Assembly: GCA_963681965.1 (NCBI GenBank)
Contig: OY820579.1
Location: 1,600,001 to 1,664,000 of the forward strand
Direction: 5' to 3'
Source: a bacterium
Lineage (GTDB): Bacteria; Electryoneota; JAOADG01
DNA: 64,000 nt
Part shown: piece by piece, positions 9,734 through 20,173 of the stretch
Numbering within the stretch: the stretch's first letter is position 1
Layout: the number at the start of each line of letters is the position of its first letter
Position numbers and translations under genes: made by a program
Notes under the pieces: generated by a model
Database searches by the model: none
The model's input: only the letters and a program-made list of their open reading frames with translations
Told to the model about the DNA's origin: nothing

Positions 9734-11185
9734 TTACAGCTGACTTCGAGTAAATATCTCGAACAGGCGTTCTCGATTCGGTTTTCCGTTGGGTAAGGTA
9801 GGTATCTCATCAAGTAATAACCAATATTTCGGGATTTTAAAGCCGGATAATTTTCCATGTAAGAATTGCTTGAGATCGTCGATTGATTGGGTTTGAGTCA
9901 GTTCAATTGCAGCTACGACAGCTTCTCCCCAATCTTTGTCCGGAACTCCGAAAACGACTGCTAAGCGAATTAGACGATTGGTCATTAAGATTTGTTCAAT
10001 TTCACTAGGGCTGATGTTTTCACCACCACTAACTATCCGGTCAACTTGTCGTCCAGCAACGATGAGTGTGCCTTGGGGAGTTAAATATCCCAGATCACCG
10101 GTTCTGATCCAACCATCCTTGAAGGTTTTTTTCGATTCTAGCTCATTGCCTTCGTATCCTATCGCAGCAGCAGGGCTCTTGACATAGATTTCGCCCGAAA
10201 ATCCGGGTTGCAATACTTCGTCAGATTCATTCCGAATTTCTACAGTAACACCAGGAAGAGGTAGACCGGCACTTCTCCGGATCGATAATTCCGAATTTGG
10301 TGGTACAGTGGTAATCTGTGACCCTGCCTCACTCATTCCATAACTAGCCACAAATCTTGGATCTCGCTCTAGCAATTCAGTTGGGATTGATCCTCCTCCA
10401 ATCAATACAAGCTGTACACAATCAGGTAGCGGCTGATTATTTCTGAAAGCTAGCAATCGTTGAAGTGTGGTTGGAACCAAAGACAGATGACTGATTGTGC
10501 CACTTTCAATTACATCGTTGACTTCAGTCGCCTCGAATTTATCCAATAGATGAAGCGATAAACCGGTCATCATCGATTTCATAAAACTACTAATTCCACC
10601 AATGTGGAATAATGGTAAAGTGATAAGCCATCGGTTAGTATTACTGAATAATAGGTGTTGCTCCGACATTTTCGCATGTGCCTCTAACGCTTGCCATGGA
10701 AGTACAACACGTTTCGGAATTCCGCTCGAACCGGAAGTGAAAATCACTAATGAAGAAGCTAGATATTGATTATTATACAAGGTTTTCTGACACTGTTCCC
10801 AGAACGCATCGAAAATGAATTCATCGATCTTAAATCGATACTCACATTCTAATTCTGTAAATTGTAGGTTATTATGTTCATCGAATAATATCAAATCGAA
10901 TGGACAATCACCTAATGCCCTTGCTTGCTCTTCGGTCGTCCAGTATGTTGGAAGTAGGATCGTAGTACAACCACTCTTGAGTGCTGCCCCAACAGCGATT
11001 AAATATAAATCCGATGAACTGGAAAGAATCCCAACACGAAACGAATGACCCTGAGAAAACGCTAGAATTCGTTGTGAGACATTGTCAATAATTTCTGCAA
11101 TCTCGAAGAAATCATATTGACGATCATGCCACAATAGGGAGGGTGAATTAGGTTGATTTGACTGATGAAGATCAAGCGGAAACAT
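9734..11185 (-). CDS. menE: O-succinylbenzoate-CoA ligase
   Basis: AMP-binding motifs IFTSGSSGIPK, LPLFHIGG, SYGMSE, TGDLG and SGGENI; lies in the men cluster. Confidence 0.9.
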   Translation of the reverse strand: MFPLDLHQSNQPNSPSLLWHDRQYDFFEIAEIIDNVSQRILAFSQGHSFRVGILSSSSDLYLIAVGAALKSGCTTILLPTYWTTEEQARALGDCPFDLILFDEHNNLQFTELECEYRFKIDEFIFDAFWEQCQKTLYNNQYLASSLVIFTSGSSGIPKRVVLPWQALEAHAKMSEQHLLFSNTNRWLITLPLFHIGGISSFMKSMMTGLSLHLLDKFEATEVNDVIESGTISHLSLVPTTLQRLLAFRNNQPLPDCVQLVLIGGGSIPTELLERDPRFVASYGMSEAGSQITTVPPNSELSIRRSAGLPLPGVTVEIRNESDEVLQPGFSGEIYVKSPAAAIGYEGNELESKKTFKDGWIRTGDLGYLTPQGTLIVAGRQVDRIVSGGENISPSEIEQILMTNRLIRLAVVFGVPDKDWGEAVVAAIELTQTQSIDDLKQFLHGKLSGFKIPKYWLLLDEIPTLPNGKPNRERLFEIFTRSQL

Positions 11186-12287
11186 CGTTGATTCGCTTCC
11201 AGGAAAAGTCGATCGACGATTTCATCTGAAAGCCCATCCCATTGGAAATAGGATCGAAAACAATGACACCTCGTTGAACATGATGATCCGCAATTGTATC
11301 CGATTCGAGTAGGCGATTTGTCGATATTCCATGTGCAAAATGGTTGTTCGGAAGCGATGCTGCTAGATGGAAATAAGCTGCGGCTGCAATTCCGGAATCC
11401 ATTGATGATGAGAATACTGCTTTGATTTCATTCTGTTCGGCTAGGAGGGCAAGATCGCGTGACCGCAATATGCCACCTAGAGTCATTGGTTTGAGAACAA
11501 ATGAAACGTTTGGATGAATTGTAATCCATTTTCGACATTGAGTTTCGCTCGATACCGATTCATCGAGTGCAATTGAAACTGGAACATCGCGTATTCGATT
11601 TAAAAAGAGTTCAATATCGTAATCTGCAACTGGTTGTTCGATGTATTCAATTCGCAAATCGGCGAGTCTAATTGTTCGATCGATCGCATCTTCGAGTGTC
11701 CAGCTTCCGTTGATATCGAAGCGGAATTGAGTATCTGGAAAAGACTTAATTAACTCGGTAAGTTTCTTGTAATCGGATAGAAAATCGGTACTGGTTTTTA
11801 ATTTGAATGTGCGATAACCAAGGTGTCGATAGGAATCGACAGTCTCCAACACGTTCTGATCGGTGTTCGATAACAATTGTGTAACAGGTATGATCGTATT
11901 GAGTTCACTGTTGAGGAGCATTCCGACTGGCAACTTTAAAAAATTACCAATTCGGTCGAGAACTGCGCTTTCTAGCGCAAACCGAAGTGCAGGGCGAAAA
12001 TCCAAAACCGTATCAAGTGCCGACATGAATTCCGGTACCGATTCAAGTTCGTCGGGAAACGGAATTTCTTTGATAAAAGGTTGTAGATCATTCACTCCTT
12101 TTACAGTTTCGGCGAGTGTTTCAGTACCCCAATCTGGTAACGGTGCCGCTTCGCCAATTCCGAAAGTCCCATTGTTATCACTGACTCGAAGCAAAACAAT
12201 ATTGCGTTCGATCCATGCCGATCGAATAGCATCAACGCGATGTTGAAATCGGAGTACGATAGGTTGCCACTGAAGCCGAGTTATCAT
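11172..12287 (-). CDS. menC: O-succinylbenzoate synthase
   Basis: Enolase-superfamily motifs GIGEAAPL, FKLK, RFDING.W, YIEQP, ALDES and LKPM.LGG; men context. Confidence 0.88.
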   Translation of the reverse strand: MITRLQWQPIVLRFQHRVDAIRSAWIERNIVLLRVSDNNGTFGIGEAAPLPDWGTETLAETVKGVNDLQPFIKEIPFPDELESVPEFMSALDTVLDFRPALRFALESAVLDRIGNFLKLPVGMLLNSELNTIIPVTQLLSNTDQNVLETVDSYRHLGYRTFKLKTSTDFLSDYKKLTELIKSFPDTQFRFDINGSWTLEDAIDRTIRLADLRIEYIEQPVADYDIELFLNRIRDVPVSIALDESVSSETQCRKWITIHPNVSFVLKPMTLGGILRSRDLALLAEQNEIKAVFSSSMDSGIAAAAYFHLAASLPNNHFAHGISTNRLLESDTIADHHVQRGVIVFDPISNGMGFQMKSSIDFSWKRINDVSA

Positions 12288-13162
12288 AGCGCGATCGCAA
12301 GTCCCAGCGATAATCCGAAGATGAGTTGCAATCGAGCAGTGAGGATGAGTGCTTGAATCAAGTCTTCGGGAATTGTTGTTCGAAAAACAATACTGATCGG
12401 TTTAACTGAAAAATAAAGTACCGGAAGAAGCCAATAGATCCGGTGCAACTGGTTAACTTGGTGCAATATAAGTATAGCAATAAAGAAACTGAATACAATG
12501 CTCAAAAAAAACTCAATTCGTCCAAATCGATATCCAAATCTTGCCGGAAGAGTTAATTTATTGGCTTCTCGATCAGTTGGGATGTCGCGAATGTTATTCA
12601 CACAAATTAAACTGATTGACAATAATCCCGGTGCAACTCCTGCAAGCATTGCCAGTTGTGACCACTCCAGGGTGAGTAAATAACTGGTTCCCGATACAGC
12701 AATGATACCGAAAAATCCGATCAGAAAGAATTCACTTAGCCCTTTGTAGGCGATTGGAAAAGGTCCTGCTGTATAAAATACGCCACATAAAATTGATGTA
12801 GATCCGATAATAACAATACTCCAACCTCCTCGAAGTGCGAGGGGGATTCCCAATAACAGAGCAAGCGCAAAAACCAAAAGAAATCCATTTCGAACAGTTC
12901 TTGGTGGTATCAGACCCGATTGCGTTACTCGCATCGGACCAGAGCGCTTCACATCGGCACCTTTGCGATAATCGTAGTAGTCGTTTGCGATATTCGTTCC
13001 GACTTGGATCAAAACTGCCGCAAATAAAATCGGAATCACCCACCAACCGTTGAAATTGGGGTGTCGAAGTGAAATTGCAAATCCAATCCACACCGGAAGA
13101 ATCGAAGCGATTAACGTTTTCGGACGGGCAGCAAGCAACCAATTGTGAATATTAGTTGTCAC
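12284..13162 (-). CDS. menA: DHNA polyprenyltransferase
   Basis: WLLAARPKTL, NIANDYYDY.KGAD and VNNIRDIPTD...K.TL motifs; hydrophobic. Confidence 0.95.
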   Translation of the reverse strand: MTTNIHNWLLAARPKTLIASILPVWIGFAISLRHPNFNGWWVIPILFAAVLIQVGTNIANDYYDYRKGADVKRSGPMRVTQSGLIPPRTVRNGFLLVFALALLLGIPLALRGGWSIVIIGSTSILCGVFYTAGPFPIAYKGLSEFFLIGFFGIIAVSGTSYLLTLEWSQLAMLAGVAPGLLSISLICVNNIRDIPTDREANKLTLPARFGYRFGRIEFFLSIVFSFFIAILILHQVNQLHRIYWLLPVLYFSVKPISIVFRTTIPEDLIQALILTARLQLIFGLSLGLAIAL

Positions 13163-13989
13163 TACGGTAACCGCGGGTACTTGCCGAAATCGGGTTTACG
13201 TTTTTCTAGATAAGCTTTTTTACCTTCTTGACCTTCTTCGCTCATGTAATACAACAGCGTTGTATTACCCGCGAGTTCCTGGATCCCGGCTTCGCCATCA
13301 GTTTCGGCATTGAATGCGGCTTTCAGGCAACGCAATGCCATAGGTGAATGCGCAAGCATTTCCCGACACCACTCAATGGTGGTCGTTTCAAGTTGATCCA
13401 AGGGCACGACCGTATTCACTAGTCCCATATCCAATGCTTCTTGAGCAGTATATTGACGACAGAGGAACCAGATCTCTTTCGCTTTTTTATGACCCACTAT
13501 TCGAGCCAAGTAGCCGGCACCGAAACCGCCATCGAAACTCCCGACTTTCGGACCAGTCTGACCAAATCGCGCATTGTCGGCTGCAATCGTAAGATCGCAT
13601 ACGATATGTAAAACATGACCGCCACCGATCGCGTAACCTGCGACCATCGCTACCACTGGCTTTGGTAGGCTGCGAATCTGTTTTTGCAAGTCGAGTACAT
13701 TCAAACGAGGTACTCCGCTGGCATCGACATACCCTTTATCGCCGCGAATACGTTGATCCCCACCACTACAAAACGCCAAATCGCCTGCGCCGGTTAAGAT
13801 GGCAACGCCAATTTCGGGATCCTCGCGTACATCCAGAAAGGCAATTTGTAGCTCTGCCAACGTTTGTGGACGAAACGCATTGCGAACTTCGGGACGATTA
13901 ATGGTGATTTTGGCAATACCATCCAGCTTTTCATAAATGATATCGGTAAAAGTCCCGGCTGATTTCCAAGGATATTTAGATTGTGTCAT
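13162..13989 (-). CDS. menB: 1,4-dihydroxy-2-naphthoyl-CoA synthase
   Basis: [27 protein letters not shown] and [12 protein letters not shown] motifs. Confidence 0.98.
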   Translation of the reverse strand: MTQSKYPWKSAGTFTDIIYEKLDGIAKITINRPEVRNAFRPQTLAELQIAFLDVREDPEIGVAILTGAGDLAFCSGGDQRIRGDKGYVDASGVPRLNVLDLQKQIRSLPKPVVAMVAGYAIGGGHVLHIVCDLTIAADNARFGQTGPKVGSFDGGFGAGYLARIVGHKKAKEIWFLCRQYTAQEALDMGLVNTVVPLDQLETTTIEWCREMLAHSPMALRCLKAAFNAETDGEAGIQELAGNTTLLYYMSEEGQEGKKAYLEKRKPDFGKYPRLP

Positions 13990-14819
13990 TTCGAACCTAT
14001 TTGAGTATTCGTTAAAAATGTGAACATGATCTGCATCAATGCATCAGGTTGTTCCGTCGGTGCATCATGACCGCAATTAGGGATCAGTTCCAATCTCGAA
14101 TTCGGTATATATTGTACGTAATTTTTTATCGCATTGGCATATTTCAAATCATCTTTTCCAGCGATAAATAGCATGGGCGTGTCTAATTTTGACAAATGAT
14201 CCAGCAAATACTCCTGTTTTCCAACCGAAAGTGTTCGTAGGCTCTTTGCCAACTGCTTGGGATTCTGAGCCATCCAGCTATCGCGAAGAGTGGATAATTG
14301 ATCTATCGGCAGGCTCTGTCGGTGTTTAAAAATAGGTAAGTTCTCCCAATACTCTGAAAACCATTCCATTCCTCGATTTTCAATCCATTTTGCCAACTGC
14401 TCATCAGATTGGTCTCGTTCTAATCGGTCGTCTAGGTCTGAAATTCCTGCTGATCCGCTGATTAAAATTGCAGATTGGATCGGGAGATGAGAGTGCGCTA
14501 ATAAATGCATTGCAAAACGAGCACCGAGTGAATATCCAACTAACTCTATTGGTTGATCGACAAGATCCCGAAGCTGATTGGAAAGATCGTCGACAACCTG
14601 ATCCCAAGTCAAATTACATTTTTCTGGTAATACCGACTTACCGTGACCGGGCAGATCTGGTGTAAGACAATAGAACGTTTGCGAAAGTAACTCCAGAAAT
14701 GGCGACCAGTACCGATGAGTTCCAGCAAAACCGTGGAGTAGAAGTAGCGGGGGATTTTTTTTCTCACCGCAATCGACTAGAAACCAATCGATACCAGTTT
14801 TTGTGGAATGAAGGATCAT
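13986..14819 (-). CDS. menH: SHCHC synthase (alpha/beta hydrolase)
   Basis: LHGF.G, DLPGHG, GYSLGAR and R...D..LA motifs; located between menD and menB. Confidence 0.9.
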   Translation of the reverse strand: MILHSTKTGIDWFLVDCGEKKNPPLLLLHGFAGTHRYWSPFLELLSQTFYCLTPDLPGHGKSVLPEKCNLTWDQVVDDLSNQLRDLVDQPIELVGYSLGARFAMHLLAHSHLPIQSAILISGSAGISDLDDRLERDQSDEQLAKWIENRGMEWFSEYWENLPIFKHRQSLPIDQLSTLRDSWMAQNPKQLAKSLRTLSVGKQEYLLDHLSKLDTPMLFIAGKDDLKYANAIKNYVQYIPNSRLELIPNCGHDAPTEQPDALMQIMFTFLTNTQIGSK

Positions 14820-16582
14820 CGGTTGACAGTTTTTCGCAATTTCTGAAGGAAAGCTGTTACTTCGCTTTCAGTTTCAGATCGGTCGGAGTATATCTCAAAC
14901 ACTCGGGGAAAAGGAATCTCAACCAGATCATCAAGCACTTCCATCAGATTGGTATAGGATTTAATTCGATAAAAATAGACTCCTAAACCGTGACAAACAT
15001 GTTTAAAATCGATCTGTTGTTGAATTCCCTGTATTGTTTCGAAACTGTCAACATCGGTTGACGATTCGATATCGGATGTTTTCAATGACTTTCGAGCAGG
15101 TAAATAGTGGAAAATTCCTCCGCCACCATTGTGACTAAGGAGGATTGTGATTGGTAACTTTAATCGAGAAATTAACTCAAGCGCATTGAGATTGTGGAAG
15201 AAAGCCAAATCACCGATCACGATGTATGTTGGCATATCCGAAGCGATTGCGATTCCAGTTGCAGTTGAGAGGATTCCGTCAATACCGTTAGCGCCTTTGT
15301 TCGCAAAGAAGTGCGTAATGGGGTTGCCTTGCGAAAACCAGTCAGCATACCGAATGGACATCGAATTCGACAGAAAACAGTTGCTATCGCGAGTAGCATA
15401 ATCAATCATCGTTGGTGCGATAAATGCTTCCAGTGGTATATTCTCATCGATACTTTCTCGGTATACGATATCTTCTTGTATTGCGTCGATTCGTTCCCAC
15501 TCTCTAGTAGCGTCATGCTTGTATTCTTGTTGAGTCCGACCAATCAACTCGTCGATCACAGATCCGATAGGTCTATGAATCGTTAATGTCACAATTCGGT
15601 CGGGATCGATTGTCTGCGAATGAGACTGTATTCGAAAGCACGGACATTTCTGTGAAGCCATCCAATGGAACATCGGATTGGAAGTAGGATAATTGCCAAA
15701 CCAGAGGATGCAGTCGCTGTGAAGTGTCTCACTCGCTGCTCGAATAGCTAATACAGGATACTTCAACGATTTTGGTTTTCCTCGTAATCCCGAAACGATG
15801 TCAGCCAGAATTGGAGCATCGAATTTTTCAGCGAGCGAATTGATAAGAGTTCCATCAATATCCGTTTCGCAAGCATCGGGACCAGCGACGATTACGGGTT
15901 TTTCCGCTGATGTCAAGGCGTGAAGTAGTTGATCAATTGCCGATTCATCGATTTTTTCGGCAATCAATTGAACCGGGGCTAAATTCAAGATCGCTTTTTC
16001 AGCTTGATGCCACAGATTGACAATTTGCTCTGATTCAATACCAATCGGCTGTAACGGCTCTTCGAATGGACAATTGATATGAACCGGTGCGCGATTCAAA
16101 CCCATCGCACTCGAATAGCTTCTAATCGCAAGATCAATGATTTCTGTTACGGATTGTTGATCGGAAATTTCCGGTAAACTAGTCTCCAGTGACACGTAAC
16201 TACCGAAAATACCTGTTTGTTGAATCGTTTGCGGTGAGCCGCATTGTTGCATCGATTCCGGACGATCTGCCGTTAAGACGATCAAAGGTGTTCGACTGTA
16301 ATATGCCTCAACGATCCCCGGTAAATAATTGGCGACAGCAGTCCCGGAAGTGCAAATGAGAATCGCAGGTTTTCGCGAAGATTTTCCCATACCCACTGCC
16401 AGAAACGCCGCATTTCGCTCGTCGACTTCCACAATTGATTGCAATCCGGAAGTATGAATTGCACAGTGAGAAAGGGGAGTATTGCGGGAACCGGGAGAAA
16501 TGACTACAAATTCGCAACCAAGTTTCACCAAAGCTGAGAGTATCGTCTGAGCGCGTAGCCAGTTACGGTTCATTGGAATCAT
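14816..16582 (-). CDS. menD: SEPHCHC synthase
   Basis: ISPGSRNTPL, DERNAAF, ICTSGTAVAN, LTADRP, NKGANGIDG and GDLAF motifs. Start placed at the ATGA overlap with the menF stop. Confidence 0.95.
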   Translation of the reverse strand: MIPMNRNWLRAQTILSALVKLGCEFVVISPGSRNTPLSHCAIHTSGLQSIVEVDERNAAFLAVGMGKSSRKPAILICTSGTAVANYLPGIVEAYYSRTPLIVLTADRPESMQQCGSPQTIQQTGIFGSYVSLETSLPEISDQQSVTEIIDLAIRSYSSAMGLNRAPVHINCPFEEPLQPIGIESEQIVNLWHQAEKAILNLAPVQLIAEKIDESAIDQLLHALTSAEKPVIVAGPDACETDIDGTLINSLAEKFDAPILADIVSGLRGKPKSLKYPVLAIRAASETLHSDCILWFGNYPTSNPMFHWMASQKCPCFRIQSHSQTIDPDRIVTLTIHRPIGSVIDELIGRTQQEYKHDATREWERIDAIQEDIVYRESIDENIPLEAFIAPTMIDYATRDSNCFLSNSMSIRYADWFSQGNPITHFFANKGANGIDGILSTATGIAIASDMPTYIVIGDLAFFHNLNALELISRLKLPITILLSHNGGGGIFHYLPARKSLKTSDIESSTDVDSFETIQGIQQQIDFKHVCHGLGVYFYRIKSYTNLMEVLDDLVEIPFPRVFEIYSDRSETESEVTAFLQKLRKTVNR

Positions 16583-17844
16583 GATTCGTTCCCTTGGATT
16601 GCACGTTTCATCGTCTGCATTTTCCAGTTGGTTTCTTCCCACTCATTATCAGGATTCGATTTATCGACAATTCCAACACCAGCATAAATTCTTGCCTGAT
16701 CGCCAGTAATCATTGCCGATCGAATTCCGACAGCAAATTCCGCTTCTTCATGACTAACCCATCCGACGACACCACTATAATACCCACGATCTTGTTTCTC
16801 CAGCACTGATATTTGATCAAGTGCTATCGATCGAGGATCGCCTCCGATAGCTGGTGTTGGGTGGAGCGCAGCAAGAATTTGCTCTAGTCCCGTATCGGAT
16901 CGCAAATATCCTTGAATCTGGCTGTAGAGATGTTGAACTGTGGCGAATTTCCGTATCGAAGGTTCGGGTTTCGGTGCAACATTGCTACACAACCCGCGAA
17001 ATGAACTTATCAACCAATCAACGACAACTTCGTGTTCCCAGCGGTCTTTATTCGAATGAAATAAAAGATCGGCAAATTTCCGATCTTCTTCGCCGTTGTT
17101 TCCTCGCGGTCTAGTTCCAGCGAGTGCATCGGCTGAGAGGAGATTGTTCGATACCCGACAAAGTTGTTCGGGAGATGCCCCAATAAAGCTGCCTTCTTCG
17201 GTAGGAAATTGAAATCGAAAACTGCTGGAATTCTCAGCTACCATATTCGAATAGATTTGCGAAAGATCCGAATCAGATGGAGAAGGAATCTCATCGAAAC
17301 GCGCTAACACCATTTTCCGGATTTTTCCGGCGGTGATCCATGTTTGGATAGTATTGATGCACTGACGCCAAGTGGTTTGATCCATCGGTGTTACTGCTGG
17401 AGCAGTCGTAGTCCGGGAGTGAGATATTTGAGAGATGCTTGCGATGTCGCTCAACAGCATTGCATTCGGATCATGCAGGCAAAATTGTCGTGAACCGGTT
17501 AATATCGCTTCAAATTGGTTCTGTTTGTGCAAAATAGTCCATTTCGGGAGCAGCCACCGGTTTCGATGCTTCCACGTTTCGGTTCGGAAAGGCAATGCGG
17601 CAAAACACCGCAGGTCGCTGATCGGTTCAATAGAATTTGACTGCAGAGTTCGTAAATAGGATTGCGCATCGTCCGCTGACCGAAAGCTGTTCGCTTCATC
17701 ATATCCGATCCATTCGGTATCAGAATCGCGGCCGATCCAGCGGGTGAGTTCAGCCGTTTTCGTATTCAGCAACGAATCGATTAACTTGGCATTCGGAATA
17801 AACCGAACGGTCGTGAGCGGGTGGGTTTCGGATTCGGCAAACAT
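16579..17844 (-). CDS. menF: Isochorismate synthase
   Basis: K.VLAR, FIGASPE, ALAGT, K...EH..VV, LHPTPAIGG, RGYYSG and YAGVGIV motifs. Confidence 0.92.
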   Translation of the reverse strand: MFAESETHPLTTVRFIPNAKLIDSLLNTKTAELTRWIGRDSDTEWIGYDEANSFRSADDAQSYLRTLQSNSIEPISDLRCFAALPFRTETWKHRNRWLLPKWTILHKQNQFEAILTGSRQFCLHDPNAMLLSDIASISQISHSRTTTAPAVTPMDQTTWRQCINTIQTWITAGKIRKMVLARFDEIPSPSDSDLSQIYSNMVAENSSSFRFQFPTEEGSFIGASPEQLCRVSNNLLSADALAGTRPRGNNGEEDRKFADLLFHSNKDRWEHEVVVDWLISSFRGLCSNVAPKPEPSIRKFATVQHLYSQIQGYLRSDTGLEQILAALHPTPAIGGDPRSIALDQISVLEKQDRGYYSGVVGWVSHEEAEFAVGIRSAMITGDQARIYAGVGIVDKSNPDNEWEETNWKMQTMKRAIQGNES

Positions 17845-17845
17845 T

Positions 17846-17854
17846 TGCTATAAT
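17846..17854 (+). promoter_or_regulatory. Extended -10 promoter element (TGnTATAAT), probably for menG
   Basis: TGCTATAAT ends 42 nt upstream of the GTG at 17897. Confidence 0.55.
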
Positions 17855-17896
17855 TTGGATTGGAAACGAGCCAGAAACAAACGGAAAGGTCGAAAA

Positions 17897-18601
17897 GTGG
17901 CAAAAGTCGCCGAAGGCAGGGAACAGGAAGCAGTTGGACAGATGTTCGATCGGATTTCTCGCCGCTACGACCTTGCCAACCGGTTTCTTTCGATTGGAAT
18001 TGACCAGCTCTGGCGCAGAAAAACCCTCAAGAGCCTAGGGGATTGGTCGGGAAAAATCCATTTGGATGTCGCTTCCGGTACAGGAGATCTTGTACTGATG
18101 AGTGGTCGGTTGAAACATCCCCCCGCGCATCGGATAGCTTTAGATTACTCGCGGAATATGATGCTTTATGGTCAAACCCGCTATCCCGGCGAGCCGATCG
18201 AGTGGGTCCAAGCTTCTGCCGATGCACTTCCCTTACAGGATCGATCCGTCGATATCGTCACAATTGCATTTGGCATCCGGAATGTCGCCAAATATCCCGA
18301 AGCGCTACGTGAATTTCACCGGGTACTCCGTCCAGACGGAAAAGTCGCAGTGCTCGAATTCAGTATGCCGCAAAATCCGATTTGGCATGCGATTTACAGC
18401 TGGTATTTCCGAAATATTCTCCCTCGGATAGGGGGAATGCTCAGCGGTAATTTCGACGCCTATCGTTATCTGCCCGCATCGGTATCGCGGTTCCCTTACG
18501 GCGAAAGCTTTGCAAACTTGCTTACGGAAGCTGGTTTTGGCAAGGTGACTTTTGAACCGCTGACGGGTGGTATCGCTACACTCTATTTGGCTGAAAAGTA
18601 A
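17897..18601 (+). CDS. menG: Demethylmenaquinone methyltransferase (UbiE/MenG)
   Basis: MFDRIS.RYDL.N..LS.G.D..WR, LDVASGTGD, IAFGIRNV and AYRYLP.S motifs. Start set at GTG 17897 to avoid overlap with menF. Confidence 0.93.
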   Translation: MAKVAEGREQEAVGQMFDRISRRYDLANRFLSIGIDQLWRRKTLKSLGDWSGKIHLDVASGTGDLVLMSGRLKHPPAHRIALDYSRNMMLYGQTRYPGEPIEWVQASADALPLQDRSVDIVTIAFGIRNVAKYPEALREFHRVLRPDGKVAVLEFSMPQNPIWHAIYSWYFRNILPRIGGMLSGNFDAYRYLPASVSRFPYGESFANLLTEAGFGKVTFEPLTGGIATLYLAEK

Positions 18602-18748
18602 TTTGTACTCCTCAAACTGCCACAAAACATCGTTCCCTAGCCCGGAAAATCTCCGTATATTGTGCCATTACAAATCAATTCATATCGGCGATTCATTGCG
18701 GTCGCTTGGCGAACCGACTCCAATCGTTTAACTCAAACAGGTCTACCC

Positions 18749-19705
18749 ATGAAGAATATCCTTATTACCGGCGTTTGCGGTCAAATCGGCACCGAACTGA
18801 TCCGGAAATTGCGTATGGAAATTCCTAACGCGCTGATTCTAGCCACTGACATCAAAGATCCCCCGAAGTCAGTCCATTCGTTTGCCACATTCAAGACCTT
18901 GGATGTGACCAATCCGACCGAAATCGGGCAGATGGTGCGTGACAATCAGATCGACACGGTGTTCCATCTGGCGGCGCTACTGTCAGCGACCGGCGAACGG
19001 AATCCGGCGCTGGCATGGCAAGTCAATATGACGTCATTCTTCGAATTGCTGGAATTGTCACGGAACAATGGCGTGAAAATGGTGATCATGCCATCTTCGA
19101 TCGGTGCCTTCGGACCGACTACTCCGCGCGACATGACGCCGAATCTGACAATCATGCGCCCGACCACGATGTACGGTATCACCAAGGTCACCGGCGAATT
19201 ATTGATGGAATACTATTCCCAGAAGTTCGGATTGGATTGTCGCTCGATGCGATTCCCCGGCATTATCAGCAATGAAACCGAACCGGGTGGCGGGACGACG
19301 GACTACGCGGTTGATTTCTATTACAAAGCGGTGGAAGGAAAGCCGGCAACCTGCTTCGTGAAGGAAGATACGGTTCTGCCATTCATGTATATGCCGGATG
19401 CAATCGATGTATTGTGGCAACTGGCGAATGCGGAAGCGGCACATCTGACGACCCGGACGTACAACGTGACGGCATTCAGCGCATCGGCGAAAGAGTTCGA
19501 GAATGCGATCAAGAAAGTTGTGCTCAGCTTTGCCGTGGAATATGTTCCGGACTACCGTCAGGCAATCGCGGACAGTTGGCCGCGCTCACTCGACGACTCG
19601 CAGGCGAAGAAGGACTGGGGCTGGAACCCGAAATTCGACTTGCACAAGATGTCGGTGGATATGATCAAGCATCTCCGGTTGCGGCTGGCATCGCACCACG
19701 AATAG
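18749..19705 (+). CDS. L-threonine 3-dehydrogenase, SDR/epimerase type
   Basis: ILITG..GQIG, HLAALLSATGE, PSSIGAFG, P.TMYGITK and PGGGTTDYAV motifs. Confidence 0.88.
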   Translation: MKNILITGVCGQIGTELIRKLRMEIPNALILATDIKDPPKSVHSFATFKTLDVTNPTEIGQMVRDNQIDTVFHLAALLSATGERNPALAWQVNMTSFFELLELSRNNGVKMVIMPSSIGAFGPTTPRDMTPNLTIMRPTTMYGITKVTGELLMEYYSQKFGLDCRSMRFPGIISNETEPGGGTTDYAVDFYYKAVEGKPATCFVKEDTVLPFMYMPDAIDVLWQLANAEAAHLTTRTYNVTAFSASAKEFENAIKKVVLSFAVEYVPDYRQAIADSWPRSLDDSQAKKDWGWNPKFDLHKMSVDMIKHLRLRLASHHE

Positions 19706-19727
19706 ATCGGTGGGACAGGTTAGTAAG

Positions 19728-19761
19728 AATGGCGGATTCGCAAGGATCCGTCATTTTTTTT
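19728..19761 (+). terminator. Intrinsic terminator
   Basis: AATGGCGGATTC-gcaa-GGATCCGTCATT followed by a T run. Confidence 0.8.
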
Positions 19762-20173
19762 AGTGGTGGTTAGGCTATGAAGTTTTGTAATTGCATCATT
19801 GCTTCGGTCATGTTCGGGTTAGTGCTGTGCCGCAATCAAAGAGCTACTGGAGGAAATGGAATATAATGCTAGGTTCTTGATATATAATTAATAAAAAGAT
19901 TGATCTTGCAGAAGATGAAATATAATTATCTCAGTCATCATTGAATGACTGTCGGTAATGAAATACCGTAAGTATTGCGCAGATCACATCTTCTTTTTTG
20001 AATTTGTATCTTATTGTATTGCAATAGCTTTTCGAATTTTGTACCGTGTGGAGTGTTTTCATCCCGTCAAATTATCCAACTTAGAAGCTATGTTTTAAGC
20101 CATTTATACTTTTCTAGATCCACTGATTCACATAAAGATTTAGAATTTTACAATCGAACTCGCCGGAGGTTGT

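Noticed and set aside
17744-17896. ORF-track N-terminal extensions for menG (also TDH, E1-alpha, LTD protein, rplT, pheT and the ferritin-like gene)
   Set aside because: They overlap neighbouring genes, terminators or REPs, or lack homology; downstream starts with an RBS or conserved N-termini fit better.
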